A stretch of DNA of 64,000 bases from Epithemia pelagica (lineage: Eukaryota > Protista > Bacillariophyta). The notes beneath the pieces were generated by a model. It was not told where the DNA came from. It worked only from the letters and a program-made list of their open reading frames with translations, and searched no databases. Shown here piece by piece: positions 22,620 through 34,030 of this stretch. A program made the translations under genes and the position numbers. How positions within the stretch are numbered: position 1 is the stretch's first letter; every line of letters starts with the position of its first letter. Location of the stretch: positions 3,658,001-3,722,000 of the forward strand of contig OX337234.1 of assembly GCA_946965045.2 (NCBI GenBank). Reading direction: 5' to 3'.

Positions 22620-22890
22620 TTATCCATTGGCTCATTCAATGCAGGCCACCATGCTCTTCTGTTGTTGCCTCAACCCCGATCAAGACAGACGTTGTTGAGA
22701 AGCTGTTGGTGGAGCGGCTCCATCGTGACGATTCAAATTGGAATTCGGAACAGACAGACAGAGCCAGAACGATCCGTTGAGAGGCTCGCGGAGCGCACGT
22801 CTCTCGCGCAGGGCGGCAAGTGAATGCCCATTTTCTTGTATTTCGGGTGTGTCTCGATTCTCGATACAGGATGCGCCATCAAAGTCCTCT
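22620..22890. repeat. Segment paralogous to ~26210..26510, lying 3' of dynamin-like copy 4
   Basis: Shared blocks gattcaaa(a)ttggaattcggaacaga, ggcggcaagtga...ccattttcttg.atttcg.gtgt.tct and ccatcaaagtcctct. Confidence 0.75.
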
Positions 22891-23137
22891 ATTGGATAAA
22901 CAACAACACCAACGAACACTACGAATGGTCTTGGAATAAGATCAGTGAACACATAGTTAGCCAAGAAGGACATGGAGTAAACGACATCGATCTAGGTAGA
23001 TCATGCAAATGGAGAGCCACTACAAAACACAGCAATTGTTAGATCTAATACTAGGAGTTTGAATACAGCGGAACGTAACAGGTTTAAGGAGCTCGCTTTG
23101 ATATGCAATGCATGTGAATGACATTCGTGAGATCCAT

Positions 23138-24960
23138 TCAGAGAATGGAACTTAGCGCCCCAAACCGTTTTGGTTCACGACCTAGAACCACTTCATCCAT
23201 GAGCTTTACCAGGTTGTGGTACTGGTAGATCAGGTGCCCAAAATGCTTGGGATCTTCCCGTGACCCCACTTGAACAAATTGCATGTTCGTTTCCTCACTG
23301 TCTCTGCCAACTATTCTGATCAGTGGAACTGCCACAAATTCTCCGTCCACAAGTCTGTATTCCTTTAGTGGATCGCGCTTGTGCATTGGTTCATTCTCGA
23401 CACATTGTGAAAACAATCACAAGAACAACTATTCGATCCGGTTCTTGCGCTAATGCAGTCGTGCAAAGTTACGGTCAACAGAACCCAAGGAAGGCCCAGA
23501 TTTTGCTGTTCAAAAAACTCATGATCCGCTCCTCCCAACATAGCTGATGCGATGAAAATCCAATCAACATGCGTTACGAGACTATAGTCCCACCTCCCAT
23601 TCTTCGACAGCACAACCTCCATCTGGCGAAGAATAATGGTCCTTGCTTTTCCCAAGATCTCATGTGATAATTCTTTATCAAGATTACCCAAGTGTTTCCG
23701 CAGGTTGAAATAGGCAAAGAGCTCATTCATGGGCTTTGCTAGTTTGTCCACTTGGTTCGGACTTGTAAAATTGGAAAAAGCGTCATCGACACTTGCACTG
23801 TGAAGCTCCATAAACCGAGAGTGGATTGAGACGATCTGCTTTCCCAACGCTTGTCCTTGATTATGTAAAGTTTCCAACACTTCCGCAAAATTCATATTGA
23901 AATCCAGCCTCGAGGAACACTCCATGATTTGGTTTCCAATCAACCATTTTTGTGTTGACTCCCCGCCAAGACAGTACCCCAACGCTGACAAAAACTGATC
24001 AAACCGGCTTTCCTTCATTCCATTTTAGTATTGGCATGTGTCACAAACCATCTCATGCGCCTTGCAGTATTGCTCTTCCTCAGCAAATCTTCTCCATTGT
24101 AGACCATAACATTCACGTCCAAGTTTGTTCACTAGGGATTCTTCAATCTTGCTCTTGAACTGATCCAACGTTAAGCTTGAGGCCACTCGGTAGATGTAGG
24201 CTTGTCTCGCCGACAAGGGAATCACAATTGGAATGTTCGTCCTCATGCAATCAAACACAGGCCGGGCTGTGCCTCCAACAATTTCGTTAAGAGAGTTGAC
24301 ACGAAGGGGTGCATCAAACAATTGTTCAATCGCATGAGTGGCTTCGGTCACGAGGACTTGGTGTTCTTCTTCATAAGCTAGATCATCCATCTTGTTGAGC
24401 AAAATGATGAGTGGGAGTGACTTGGCTTCTGTGCATTGGGCCTTGGCAAACTCCAATACTTGGACTTGCTCGTCAGTGTTCACACCTTGCAAGCCGTCCA
24501 ATACGACAACCACACAATCAAAGCTATGCCAGTTCTTGGTAAGATAGTCCTTGTACATTTTGCTTGTCCCTGCTTCGTTGATTCCGGGCACATCAATCAA
24601 TACAAGTCTGGTATCTTTACGCATCTCGAGCAGAAGTTCGTCCAAGGCAATATCAAATGACTTTTCTTGCAATTGACTGTTGCCCCGGAGTTTTTGGTTA
24701 TCCTTTGTGATTTCATCGAGTGTCGATGTGGCTGACCGGTGTTCGTCTGGTGACCAAGACGAAACCACTTGATACAATTCTTCATTCTCTTGCGTCTTGT
24801 CCTTGACAGATAGTCGAAAGCTATTAATGCCTGCTGTCGTTCGTTTCATGGACACTTCACTAAACTTGTCCTTCAACAGAGCATTCAGGACCGTCGTCTT
24901 CCCGACGGAAACATATCCAATCAGCGCAACACGGATTTCAAATTCCGGAGTCATCTTCAT
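23138..24960 (-). pseudogene. Dynamin-like GTPase copy 4, disrupted
   Basis: GTPase ORF (GYVSVGKT, DVPG, NKMD) ends at an in-frame TAA at 24025..24027 (QY*NGMKESRF; copy 6 has EYKEGIKENRF). The same frame resumes at 23365..24018, then frameshifts into 23138..23416 (DPKHFGHLIYQY). Confidence 0.8.
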
Positions 24961-25489
24961 TGTGCTTGGATGAAAGCAAAAGACGAGAAATCTGCGCACC
25001 GATTTCCCGAACGGGGTCATTGAAGTTCAAAGATCCTTGCCATACGGCCTGATTCTGCGTCGTTTGCGCGGTACTTATATGGTATTTGTTGTAGTTCACA
25101 AGAAAATCTGCTGTGGTGTGCTCCGGATCGAAATCATGAAGCATTTCTCATGGACATGCGGGGGGAGATCTTTGTCGTAGAGGCTTGTTTGGACCTTCGA
25201 GGATGAGAGTTGTTGCATCGTGTCTTGGAAAGAATCGATACCTAGCATGCTTCTGTTGCTTTCCGGCTTAATGCTCTCCACTCTCCACTGCCACAATTCC
25301 GATCTACTCTTTGATTCAACCATCGACGTTCTTCTCGGTGCCACTGATTGAGATTTTCATTGTCGAATTGAACCGCATCATGTTATTGCTAGCACGACAA
25401 GCGTCTCGGCTATAATTTTGGCACTTCCGTCCTCTTTGCGCTTCATCAGCTTGCTCAATGCATGCCAAGAAAAAGGAAGCAATATTTGA

Positions 25490-25810
25490 GAGCAAGCTTT
25501 GATTGGAGGAATGCCCTTCACGAATTGATCTCCCCCAAAGCGTCAGTGATTCACTCTTATTCAGTTGCTGATGCAATTCCGACCGACAGTTTCATCTTCT
25601 TTTACTCGATTCTGATCACATGACAGTGTGGGCGAAATTTGAGACCAGGTTTTGATCTGAGGAAAACCCTTCACTGTCCGAATCTCAGTCAGTACGAGGT
25701 ACTCTGCTAAGAGAATCGATCCATTCCTCTCGCTTGGTGATTCATTCTTATGATTTGCTTGTCGATACAAGTTCGGTAGGCTTTAGTTTCTTCGTTTCTC
25801 TCGATTCTGC
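25490..25810. repeat. Two diverged tandem units homologous to 10387..10701, upstream of dynamin-like copy 4
   Basis: Shares ttgattggaggaatgccct, ctcgattctgatca, gaaattt...caggttttgat, cactgtccgaatc and gtcgat.caagttcggtaggc with the copy-1 repeat. Confidence 0.7.
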
Positions 25811-26209
25811 TGATACCACGACAGCGCGCTGATCCGACTCTTCCACGATACAGAGCTTTCAAGTCTTTTCATCGAAGGGACGCAAGCTTGAGCGTTCCTG
25901 AGGAGGAGAGGCCAAACTCGATTCGAATGGTAACAAACCTCACGGGGAAGAGGGTAACATCTTAGCCGAGAGAAGCTGCTAAACGGCATAGGGCATCTTG
26001 CTTCCACCCTTCAGCCTTGGAGGAGATGGAAGATTCGCTGTTGTTGCTCAATCGACTTTTGGGAAGCGTCTGTTTCGTTCACTGCTATCCTATATATTTC
26101 AATAATCCGGAAAACAATTGATGCGTTCCACCATCGACTTTTGTTCGGGATGTTTTGCTGCAATACACAACTTTGCGCGTCTTCTTGCATTTCGTCACGT
26201 CACTCTGTG

Positions 26210-26510
26210 CTCCATTGGCCTGCTCACTCCATGCCAGGTGCTTCTGCTGCCTCAGCCATGATCAAGAGACGTGGTTCAGGACGTCATATGCGGCAAGCCG
26301 ATGGGAGAAACTGGTGGTGCAACGGCTGCGGCCATTGTGAGATTCAAAATTGGAATTCGGAACAGAATAACGGTCATCCGTTGAATCTGGACAGGCTCTC
26401 GCGCAACGAGCGTTATAGCGCACGGCGGCAAGTGAGCTTCCATTTTCTTGGATTTCGTGTGTCTCTCGCCATGAACACAACACTGCGGATGCTCCATCAA
26501 AGTCCTCTTC
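26210..26510. repeat. Segment paralogous to ~22620..22890, lying 3' of dynamin-like copy 5
   Basis: Same shared blocks. Minus-strand translations align: EDFDGAS...EIQENG.SLAA...SVPNSN. Confidence 0.75.
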
Positions 26511-26815
26511 TCTCGAACATCTCGCATCGTCCATAAGCTGAAGTGTCCCTGGCCTGGTAATGTCGCTTCAATTGTACTGTTTCCTTTACTTCGTAGGCCT
26601 TGACATCTCCACCCTACCCTAGAAAAGTGAGCCATTCAATGAGAAACCAAGCGATCTTTTGTACGATTAGAAATAAGAACAGCCTTTTTCAAAAAGACTG
26701 TGATCTAGAAATGTATGAAGAAAAAACAAGTCCTTTGTTTCTTGATTGAGGACCGGAACGTGGGACGTCTTTTCCCAAGTACATCATGTCCCTCAATGGA
26801 AGATGTCGACTTTTT

Positions 26816-27565
26816 CTATCGAGCATGTGTTCGCATCCGTTTCGGTGTACGCCCCAGAATCGGCTCCTCCAGGAGTTTCACAAGATTGCGATATTGGTAC
26901 AGCAAGTGTCCAAAATGCTGAGGGTCTTTCAGTGATTCTGCTTGAGTCACATGAATGTACTGTCCCTGAACTTCTGCCGTGTTTCGTGCAACACAAACGC
27001 CGTCCACAAGACTGCACTCTAGCGGGGAAAACTGTCGAGGTTTCGTTGTCCAGTGGCATATGTTACAATTTCCATGGTCTGAAATATTGCTAGTTTGTCC
27101 AACAGTTCGATACTTGTAACAATGCGTAGAGGAGTGATTCTCGTCATGGTCAAAAAAGGTCCAACAGCCACCGCACTGAAACGCCTTAAGGGAACTCGAA
27201 GTGATAGACAGTTTCTTGTGACAGAATGGACAAGTGCCATTCCCCTTCTCTTGATCTCGGATTGAACACAGAGAGTCATGAAGCTGCTTTTCTAGGAGAA
27301 GCCGCAGCATGCCAAGTGAATGTTCCTCAAAGAACATATTTTCAGCCCCACCCAGCATTGTGGAACTCATCAACATCCAATCGTAGTGCGTCAATGAAGA
27401 ATAGTTCCATTGCCCTTTCTTGAAGAGCACCACTTCCATTTGCTTCAGAACCATGTTCCTACCCCAGTCCAGAATGTCGAGTTCCTTGTCTTCAGTGAGG
27501 ATTCCCATGTGTTTGGCCATATGAACGTATGAAACACGCCGGGCGAATCGATCAGGTTCCCCCAA
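26816..27565 (-). pseudogene. Dynamin-like copy 5: C-terminal fragment only (no GTPase domain)
   Basis: KHMGIL...MVLKQMEVVLFKKGQWNY...DWMLMSSTMLGGAENMFFE...CPFC..CGGC..CNIC...DPQHFGHLLYQY aligns to the C-terminal third of copy 3. No G1/G3/G4 found upstream. Confidence 0.8.
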
Positions 27566-28034
27566 AACCCAGGCTCTTCCACAAAAATGTGTGTCGACCT
27601 CAAAGAGGTAACTTTAAGACAAAGAGGGTTGGCAAGATTAACTAGTTTTCGTGCCCCGACGTATCCACATAAACGAGGGCAACGACTACCCGAGAATACA
27701 ACTCCCTGGGGCTCTCCACCACACTTTGGGGAGAGATTGCTTCTGACGCGATTGTGCGTACACTACATTTTTGGGCCTTGGAACCCACCTTATTGGAACC
27801 TAGTTTAATAATATTGGATCCGTTTCTTCCAGGAGTGAGAGTGGAGTCAATCAAAGCAGCTTGGCCGATATGCAAATGGTGTGGTCCATGGCCGAATCTA
27901 CTCAATGTTTTTGCTGTTCCTTTTAGACGACACGCACCATGACAAATTTCTGGGAACCTTAGTTGATTCACTACTCCCTTACGATTGGCGTTAGCCGCAA
28001 ACTCCGTTTCCATACTGTTGTCTGATTGTCTAGG

Positions 28035-28181
28035 TAATCCTTTTTTGTCGCAAGATCTGATTGGCCGTAGCTAATCCTTCTTTATTGGTCACGGCCGTAG
28101 CTAATCCTTCTTTTTTATCGCATGATCTGATTGGCCGTAGCTGATCCTTCGTTTTTGTCGCAAGATCTGATTGGACGTTGC
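28035..28181 (+). promoter_or_regulatory. Four imperfect ~30-40-bp tandem units, each containing ATTGG (inverted CCAAT), upstream of the DXO-like gene
   Basis: Unit t(a/g)atcctt...gca(a/t)gatctgattgg(c/a)cgt(a/t)gc repeated; ends ~90 bp before the ATG at 28269. The repeat is directly visible; the regulatory role is inferred. Confidence 0.5.
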
Positions 28182-28268
28182 AAGCAGGAGCTATGTATGA
28201 CGAGAAGTGACTTCTCAAAACATAAAATACGGTAGTACCACCAGGAACATCCTTTGTGGTGAAATAAG

Positions 28269-29354
28269 ATGGCGACCAAGCCGTCCTCCAAAACGCAAAC
28301 CGCCGACGAAACGGGGCTAAGTGATCTCCTCGGAAAGCTTGGTCTTGGATCGACGGCATCAAGGAAAGGTTCTCTACCGGAACCCAACCCTAAGCTCAAT
28401 AGGGAACTCGAAAAGTCTCCATTCAAGATCTTTCGATGCATCGCAGACCTCGGCTACTTTGCCTGGACTCCGCAAGGGACGTACCGATCGCTCTCGAGCG
28501 TCACTTCGAGCCAAGAAATCAGTGACCAGGTCAATCTTGGCGGCAAGCCGGACCGATTGGTTCGAATTGCGAGTATTGGTCTACCAAAACGCTTTGCATC
28601 GTTGAGCCCACAAGAATACGAAAATAAGTATCCGCACGGCCAAATTGGCATTGCCTGTTTGCATGTCGCATTCCAATGCCGAGGTGTAGATCATGAAATC
28701 GTCGATTTTGTTTTTGGGGGATCAACCCTCGAAATGCTCGCAACTCAGGATGCCTCATCGAACTTTCTCGTGACGAAGGTAGAAGGAACAAATGTTATTT
28801 TGGTTGTCAAGAGAGAGTCTTATGTTGCAAATTACGCGGACCTTGGCTTTCAGTTTGAACGCTTGATGACGGGAGGGCAAATGTCGGACCGCCACAGTTT
28901 AACATCAGTGCAACACATGCATTATATGCAAGTTGACAAGTTTCGCGTGTTGTTTAGTGCAGAATCTGATGCGCTGTATGAGGGTGAACCTGTCGAGCTC
29001 AAAGCGGCCAACCCTGCTTATTATGGAACCCGAGTCATGTTCCAAATGATTAGCAACGGTAGTCCTACTCTTTGCCAAGGAGTCAAGAGCCGTGGTGTCT
29101 TGGTCGATGTCCGTCTCGAGAGTCTTGGTCAGGTGACCAACACTGCACTGCGTTCGAGCGATAGCATTACGTCTTTGGAACGTCGAATCGTTGACGGCAT
29201 GAAGGCCATTGCGGAACAAATGTCCAACCGTGAGTGTGGCCAAGTCTTCAAAGTTACATTTCGTAGCGGTCAGTTGCACTTGTCGCCTGTGCCAGCCACG
29301 CGAGGCAACGTGTTGCTTCCTCCCGGTCCTGTAGTTAAAGATCTAATTCTTTGA
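28269..29354 (+). CDS. DXO/Rai1-like decapping nuclease (PD-(D/E)XK fold)
   Basis: Ordered motifs GFQFERLMT (motif II), FSAESDA (III, ExD), VELK (IV), MFQMISNG (V). Confidence 0.7.
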   Translation: MATKPSSKTQTADETGLSDLLGKLGLGSTASRKGSLPEPNPKLNRELEKSPFKIFRCIADLGYFAWTPQGTYRSLSSVTSSQEISDQVNLGGKPDRLVRIASIGLPKRFASLSPQEYENKYPHGQIGIACLHVAFQCRGVDHEIVDFVFGGSTLEMLATQDASSNFLVTKVEGTNVILVVKRESYVANYADLGFQFERLMTGGQMSDRHSLTSVQHMHYMQVDKFRVLFSAESDALYEGEPVELKAANPAYYGTRVMFQMISNGSPTLCQGVKSRGVLVDVRLESLGQVTNTALRSSDSITSLERRIVDGMKAIAEQMSNRECGQVFKVTFRSGQLHLSPVPATRGNVLLPPGPVVKDLIL

Positions 29355-30387
29355 GTTACGATTTACGATCGTTTGTGTAATGTAGGTGACCTTCACTTGG
29401 AAAATAAATCTTCGAGTCGACCCTGGTGCCTTGGCAGTTCTCGTCCGAGAAGGATTCTCAATATAATATATGTCCCTCCAATCATTCCGTGTAACTCCAA
29501 TACGACTATCTCCGGAAACGATCTCCACCATATCGTTTAAAACCTTGAGACAGGCTCGTTCTCACGTCGTCGGTACCATCTTTTTTGCAATGGCAAACGG
29601 TGAACGCTTGAAAAAGGACGACAAAACAATCCACACACATTTTAGTTGCCTCCTGCCTATGTGGCTCTTGTCCATCCGTGCAAAGGAGATTGATGTATCC
29701 TCCTCCTCCTCCTTCTATCGTTTCAGACTCTGGTATTGAAGACGAGACACCATGTCATGACACCCTTGTTCCAGTTCTTTTTGGTTCTCGTGTGTCGTCA
29801 TTCTTGAAAGGAGAGCATGTCCGATCCATTTCGACTTTTCTTTCTTTGCGATCCGCACCTGGATGAATGGATGGGGGGATCAGAAGAGCATGGTGTGCAT
29901 TCAAGATGGACGACACAAGATACCATTTTGTGTGAGTGAAAACCTGGGGAAAATCTTTTTTCTTTGCGGGTCTGGAACACTCGGAACTTTGTAGTTGGGG
30001 ACACATAGCCTCGATTGCTAGGAGACACTTCTTGTCCTCTAGCTGGCGACGCTCTAGTCTCGATTGTCTTGTAGGCTTTAGTGGGTAGTCCTGTAGGGTA
30101 GAAAAGGGCAATACATCTGGACACGAGTACATATTTGGACAACATCTCCTCAACGGAGAATTTTTAGTCTTGTAGTGGACAGCGTGACATAATTGATTTA
30201 ACATTTTCAATCCCGTATATGCCCAGACAAAATAATATCCCTAAGTAGCGATTCCTGCGGTCCGTTGAAGAAAAGAATGTACTGGAAGTAAATACACTAC
30301 CATAGAGCACCGAGATCCCGGAGAGCCGGGGGATGTCCGTTCCTGTTAATATCGCCTACGGGAATCACAAACCAATCAGCGATCGAA

Positions 30388-30541
30388 CTGGACAACTGGA
30401 CAACTGGACAACTGGACAAATCGAACTGGACAACTGGACAACTGGACAACGAACTGGACAACTGGACAACTGGACAACTGGACAACTGGACAACTGGACA
30501 ACTGGACAACTGGACAACTGGACAACTGGACAACTGGACAA
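30388..30541 (+). repeat. (CTGGACAA)n 8-bp tandem array, left arm
   Basis: Direct reading; blocks of 3, 3 and ~12 units separated by ATCGAA and CGAA spacers. Confidence 0.95.
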
Positions 30542-30707
30542 CTGGATAAACGATGCAACAATACAAGGACACAACAAACAAGCCAACGAACGAACTAACA
30601 ATCAAGGACGCAACAAACAAATAACCCAACAATCAACCAGGATTTTACTATGGAGAATTAGTTCTACCTATGGGTTTTGGTGATCAGGTACGAGTGGCAG
30701 GTACGAG

Positions 30708-31121
30708 TCAGCCGGAGGAAGACATCTGATCAGAGTCGAACACAACAGGGCGAAACCAAGCCTTCGAGCCCTTGTTTCGCTGTTTGTCGATGGCACGCTG
30801 AAGTCGGAGCTTGAAGAGGGCGGTCATCTGGTCGGGGCTCTGAAGCCCACACTGAGCGAACTGCTTGACAAGGTGGTTAAGCTTTTTTTCAAGGTCAAGG
30901 TGCTGTTGCAAGATGGCTTCTTCAACGCATCGGGGAGGCTTGATCGTGCTCTCAAGAGCCACACTCTCCTTGGAAACAAGGGTATATTTGACGGCACCCT
31001 CGCCCATGTCGATAATGACGGGAAGCATGCATTTGGTTGCTGAGCGTTGTGTGTTCAGCCAACCTTTACTTCCGACAAACGTGCCGCCAATGAAGCGGAT
31101 AGGTTCGCCTCGACCGTCCAT
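30708..31121 (-). CDS. Transposon ORF-A, hypothetical protein (137 aa)
   Basis: ATG-initiated, protein-like ORF (IRFIGGTFVGSKGWLN...helical C-terminus) inside the element, divergent from the transposase. Confidence 0.6.
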   Translation of the reverse strand: MDGRGEPIRFIGGTFVGSKGWLNTQRSATKCMLPVIIDMGEGAVKYTLVSKESVALESTIKPPRCVEEAILQQHLDLEKKLNHLVKQFAQCGLQSPDQMTALFKLRLQRAIDKQRNKGSKAWFRPVVFDSDQMSSSG

Positions 31122-31500
31122 GATTCAACAATCAACCAATTGCCTGAGTGGAACAACAAGTAAAGACGCAACAATCAAAGCAAGAAAGAGGGTCCGAGAA
31201 GAGTGGAAAGATTTGAACGCAACAATCAAAGCAAGAAAGAGGGTCCGAGAAGAGTAGAAAGATTTGAGACAAAGAGTCTCGCTGTTCATTCGGCCTGCGT
31301 CCAGTCGAAGGGTGCCCCGCGGGAAGTGACATCCCCAACAACGTAGATTTAAGTCTCCTATTAGTCACAACTTCTATGGATTCAAATGCTTTAGTATGTG
31401 CTCGGTCTTCATCTACTTTATTGGTTCACTTTCTACTTTACAGGCTCGCCTTTTCATCTACTTGCCTCTCCTGTCTTTTTTACTCGTAGGATCATAAGCT

Positions 31501-32433
31501 TTGCCGAACACGAAAATGAGACTCTTGCTTCCTGATGATATGATGCAACATGGCATCAAGCTTTTGGGCTTTTCATACGATTCTGTCATGAAGATGTCCC
31601 CCGCAAAGCAGGAGAAGGTCTTTCGCTCACACTATGGTTCGTCGCCCCTGGTGGTTGCACATGTGTGGTATGATCTTACCACAACCGACATCGCAAGTTC
31701 CAAGCTCAACGACAGTGAGAAGACAGAGAAAGGATTGAAGAGGTTCTTTGTTGCGATGTATTTTCTGTTCACTTACCCAAAAAATGCGCATATCATTGCA
31801 ACCGTGTTTCACCAAAATGAGAAATATTCCCGGGGTGAGGCAGTGTGGCAGTGGGTCCGTAAGATCCAAGGCCTGAAAGCCAAAGTCATCATTTGGCCTC
31901 AATCACATGACGACCCGAACCGTGAAGTGTATGTTGTTACAGTTGATGGGGTGGACATGAAGACATGGGAACCGATGCATGAAACCTTTCCGCATGACCG
32001 ACAATTCTTTTCCAAGAAATTCGCGCATGGTGGGCTGAAGTACGAGTTGGCAGTGAGTGTATTTTGGGGTCGGCTTGTCTGGATCAATGGCCCGTACAAG
32101 GCAGGCTGTCATGACCTGACCATCTTTCGAAACGGGCTTAAGGATCGCTTGGCAGATGGCAAGATGGCGATCGCTGACCGAGGATACGTTTCCTCTAGGG
32201 AAGATGAGGTCCACAAATTGGCAACGCCCAGAGCCACCGACAGTACGGAACTAGCAAAGTTCAAGTCTCGTTGCCGATGCAGGCATGAGACATTCAATGG
32301 AAGGATCAAGAACTTCCGCATTCTGTCTGACACATACCGCCACTCCCTGGACAACCATCAGGCAGCTTTCGAAGCGGTCTGTGTCCTTGTCCAGTATCAA
32401 ATCATTAATGGTTCTACGTTGTTTAACATCTAG
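31501..32433 (+). CDS. DDE_Tnp_4 (PIF/Harbinger/IS5-like) transposase
   Basis: Catalytic pattern TVDGVD...GLKYELAVS...WINGPY.AG.HDLTIF...IADRGY...RHETFNGRIKNFRIL. Confidence 0.88.
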   Translation: MPNTKMRLLLPDDMMQHGIKLLGFSYDSVMKMSPAKQEKVFRSHYGSSPLVVAHVWYDLTTTDIASSKLNDSEKTEKGLKRFFVAMYFLFTYPKNAHIIATVFHQNEKYSRGEAVWQWVRKIQGLKAKVIIWPQSHDDPNREVYVVTVDGVDMKTWEPMHETFPHDRQFFSKKFAHGGLKYELAVSVFWGRLVWINGPYKAGCHDLTIFRNGLKDRLADGKMAIADRGYVSSREDEVHKLATPRATDSTELAKFKSRCRCRHETFNGRIKNFRILSDTYRHSLDNHQAAFEAVCVLVQYQIINGSTLFNI

Positions 32434-32590
32434 AGAGTAGGTCTAACATGGCGAAATAACCAATAACCAATAACAAACGATCCTAAAAATAGTTATCATC
32501 TTGATGCATATTATGACTACTTCTCTGTACCACGTGGCATATAACAGAAAAGGATTCGCTTTCTTCTTCTTCGTTACTCAGTACTAAAGC

Positions 32591-34030
32591 TCAAAGGGAT
32601 GCAAAGAGAGAGTTGACATCAGTCACACCACCATCAGAGGATCCACCAACTGGGACAGACTTGCTGTCAGAGACCATCCAATAAACATAGACAGAAAAAA
32701 ATGAGGTGCGCCCACTCTGTTTTTTCATCGGCGCCGTCTTCCTCGTCATGTTGATGTTGTCCCCAGGGTGAATCACTGAGTTGTCTAACTCAACGCCCTC
32801 GGGGAAAATCCCAAGCCAATTCTTGCTACTGCATGCCTTGTTGAGCTTGCTCTTCATGCATGTTGAATGCAGCCGGTTGCTGACATTCTTCGAGTTGTCT
32901 CCGGTGAACTCTGCGTCTTCAAAACGCGACAAAAACTGATCAACATCATCATCCATCGAATCACGCCACGGACCTTCAATCAAGACGGCACGTCTCTCCA
33001 AGCCAGGGAAACCAGTGGCAATCCTTGCGCTGTACTTGTCGATATCCAGTGGCTCGACTTTCATTCGGATGATGTAGACGGTGCGTTCGTGTTTGTGATA
33101 CACAACGCCAGGCACTCGGAAGACCATCACCTCATGAGAATCGGGGTAGTCAAATGAGATGTTGACAATCTTCGGGTTTTGGATGGTGCCCAAAGGGAAG
33201 TCGGTCATTTCGCCAGAGTTTCCGCTGCTGCTGTCGGTCGAGGACGACATGATGGGAACGGCTGTGATGGGAGCTGGGACTGAGGCTTGGTCAGGGAGGA
33301 CGAAGGAAGGAGGTGCAAGTTGGATGCCTTGTGGCTCAGGAGATGGAGATTGAAAGCTGGAGAACCGCGGTGGAGTTGCAAAGGAGGGAAGGTCTCCTCC
33401 GAATGCAACGGCTCTCTTCGAAGTTGCACGCGGCGGCGTATGGAACCGTGCAGATGTTGCGCCGGTTGACTGGACCTTGCTGGGCGGGCGATGTATTTTG
33501 ATGTCTCCTGCGCCTGCGCCTTCGTCAAGCTTGTGCTTGCTTGCCTGGACGCGCGGTTCAGAGGCAACGGACAAGTTCGTAAATCCACCAATCAACGCGA
33601 AATCGTCGATGTTTTGTTCCTCCTCCTCGGATGCCTCGTCGTCCACCGCGAGGTCTTCGAAATCGACGTCGTCAACGCTGCTCGTCGTGGTGCCGGAACT
33701 TGCTGGGCCACTGTAAGCAGCGAACGCCTCTCTGTTGGTGCCAAAGTTGCTGAGGATCCGAGTGTTCCACTCAGCAAGGGTCCGCTCACTGGGGGTGATC
33801 TTGTACTCGTCCAGGAGCTTCTTGTACTTCTCAATGTCAAGCTTGGTAAGTGACGAACAGCGCTTTTGAAAGCGGCGGAAGATCTTCCCAGAGCCGTACT
33901 TGTCACTTGACGAGGCTCCTCCCACGATGTCCGAAAAGAAGACTTCGGCTCGAGGCTTGGATGGGATGCTCTCGATGTCTTGCAAGAGAGTTTTCACCTG
34001 CTGGTTCGATAAGAATGAGGGATTCGGCAT
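32591..34030 (-). CDS. Transposon ORF-C, hypothetical protein (helical N-terminus, low-complexity middle, beta-rich C-terminus)
   Basis: Uninterrupted ORF (track 32591..34183); likely ATG at 34030 (MPNPSFLS). Convergent with the transposase. Confidence 0.65.
   Translation of the reverse strand: MPNPSFLSNQQVKTLLQDIESIPSKPRAEVFFSDIVGGASSSDKYGSGKIFRRFQKRCSSLTKLDIEKYKKLLDEYKITPSERTLAEWNTRILSNFGTNREAFAAYSGPASSGTTTSSVDDVDFEDLAVDDEASEEEEQNIDDFALIGGFTNLSVASEPRVQASKHKLDEGAGAGDIKIHRPPSKVQSTGATSARFHTPPRATSKRAVAFGGDLPSFATPPRFSSFQSPSPEPQGIQLAPPSFVLPDQASVPAPITAVPIMSSSTDSSSGNSGEMTDFPLGTIQNPKIVNISFDYPDSHEVMVFRVPGVVYHKHERTVYIIRMKVEPLDIDKYSARIATGFPGLERRAVLIEGPWRDSMDDDVDQFLSRFEDAEFTGDNSKNVSNRLHSTCMKSKLNKACSSKNWLGIFPEGVELDNSVIHPGDNINMTRKTAPMKKQSGRTSFFSVYVYWMVSDSKSVPVGGSSDGGVTDVNSLFASL

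Noticed and set aside
30388-30541. Possible CRISPR array (also considered for 28035..28181 and 10387..10740)
   Set aside because: No unique spacers of constant length, no cas genes, and a eukaryotic context.
30297-30683. ORFs with LDNWTTGQ or SSCPVVQL repeats (also 34910..35346)
   Set aside because: Translation artefacts of the 8-bp array (3 units = 8 codons).
31165-31270. 51-bp tandem duplication upstream of transposon ORF-A
   Set aside because: Real but most simply a local slippage event; no added meaning evident.
31315-31342. Internal motif cccgcggg...gacatcccc resembling the inner arm sequence
   Set aside because: Too short and degenerate to support a nested end.
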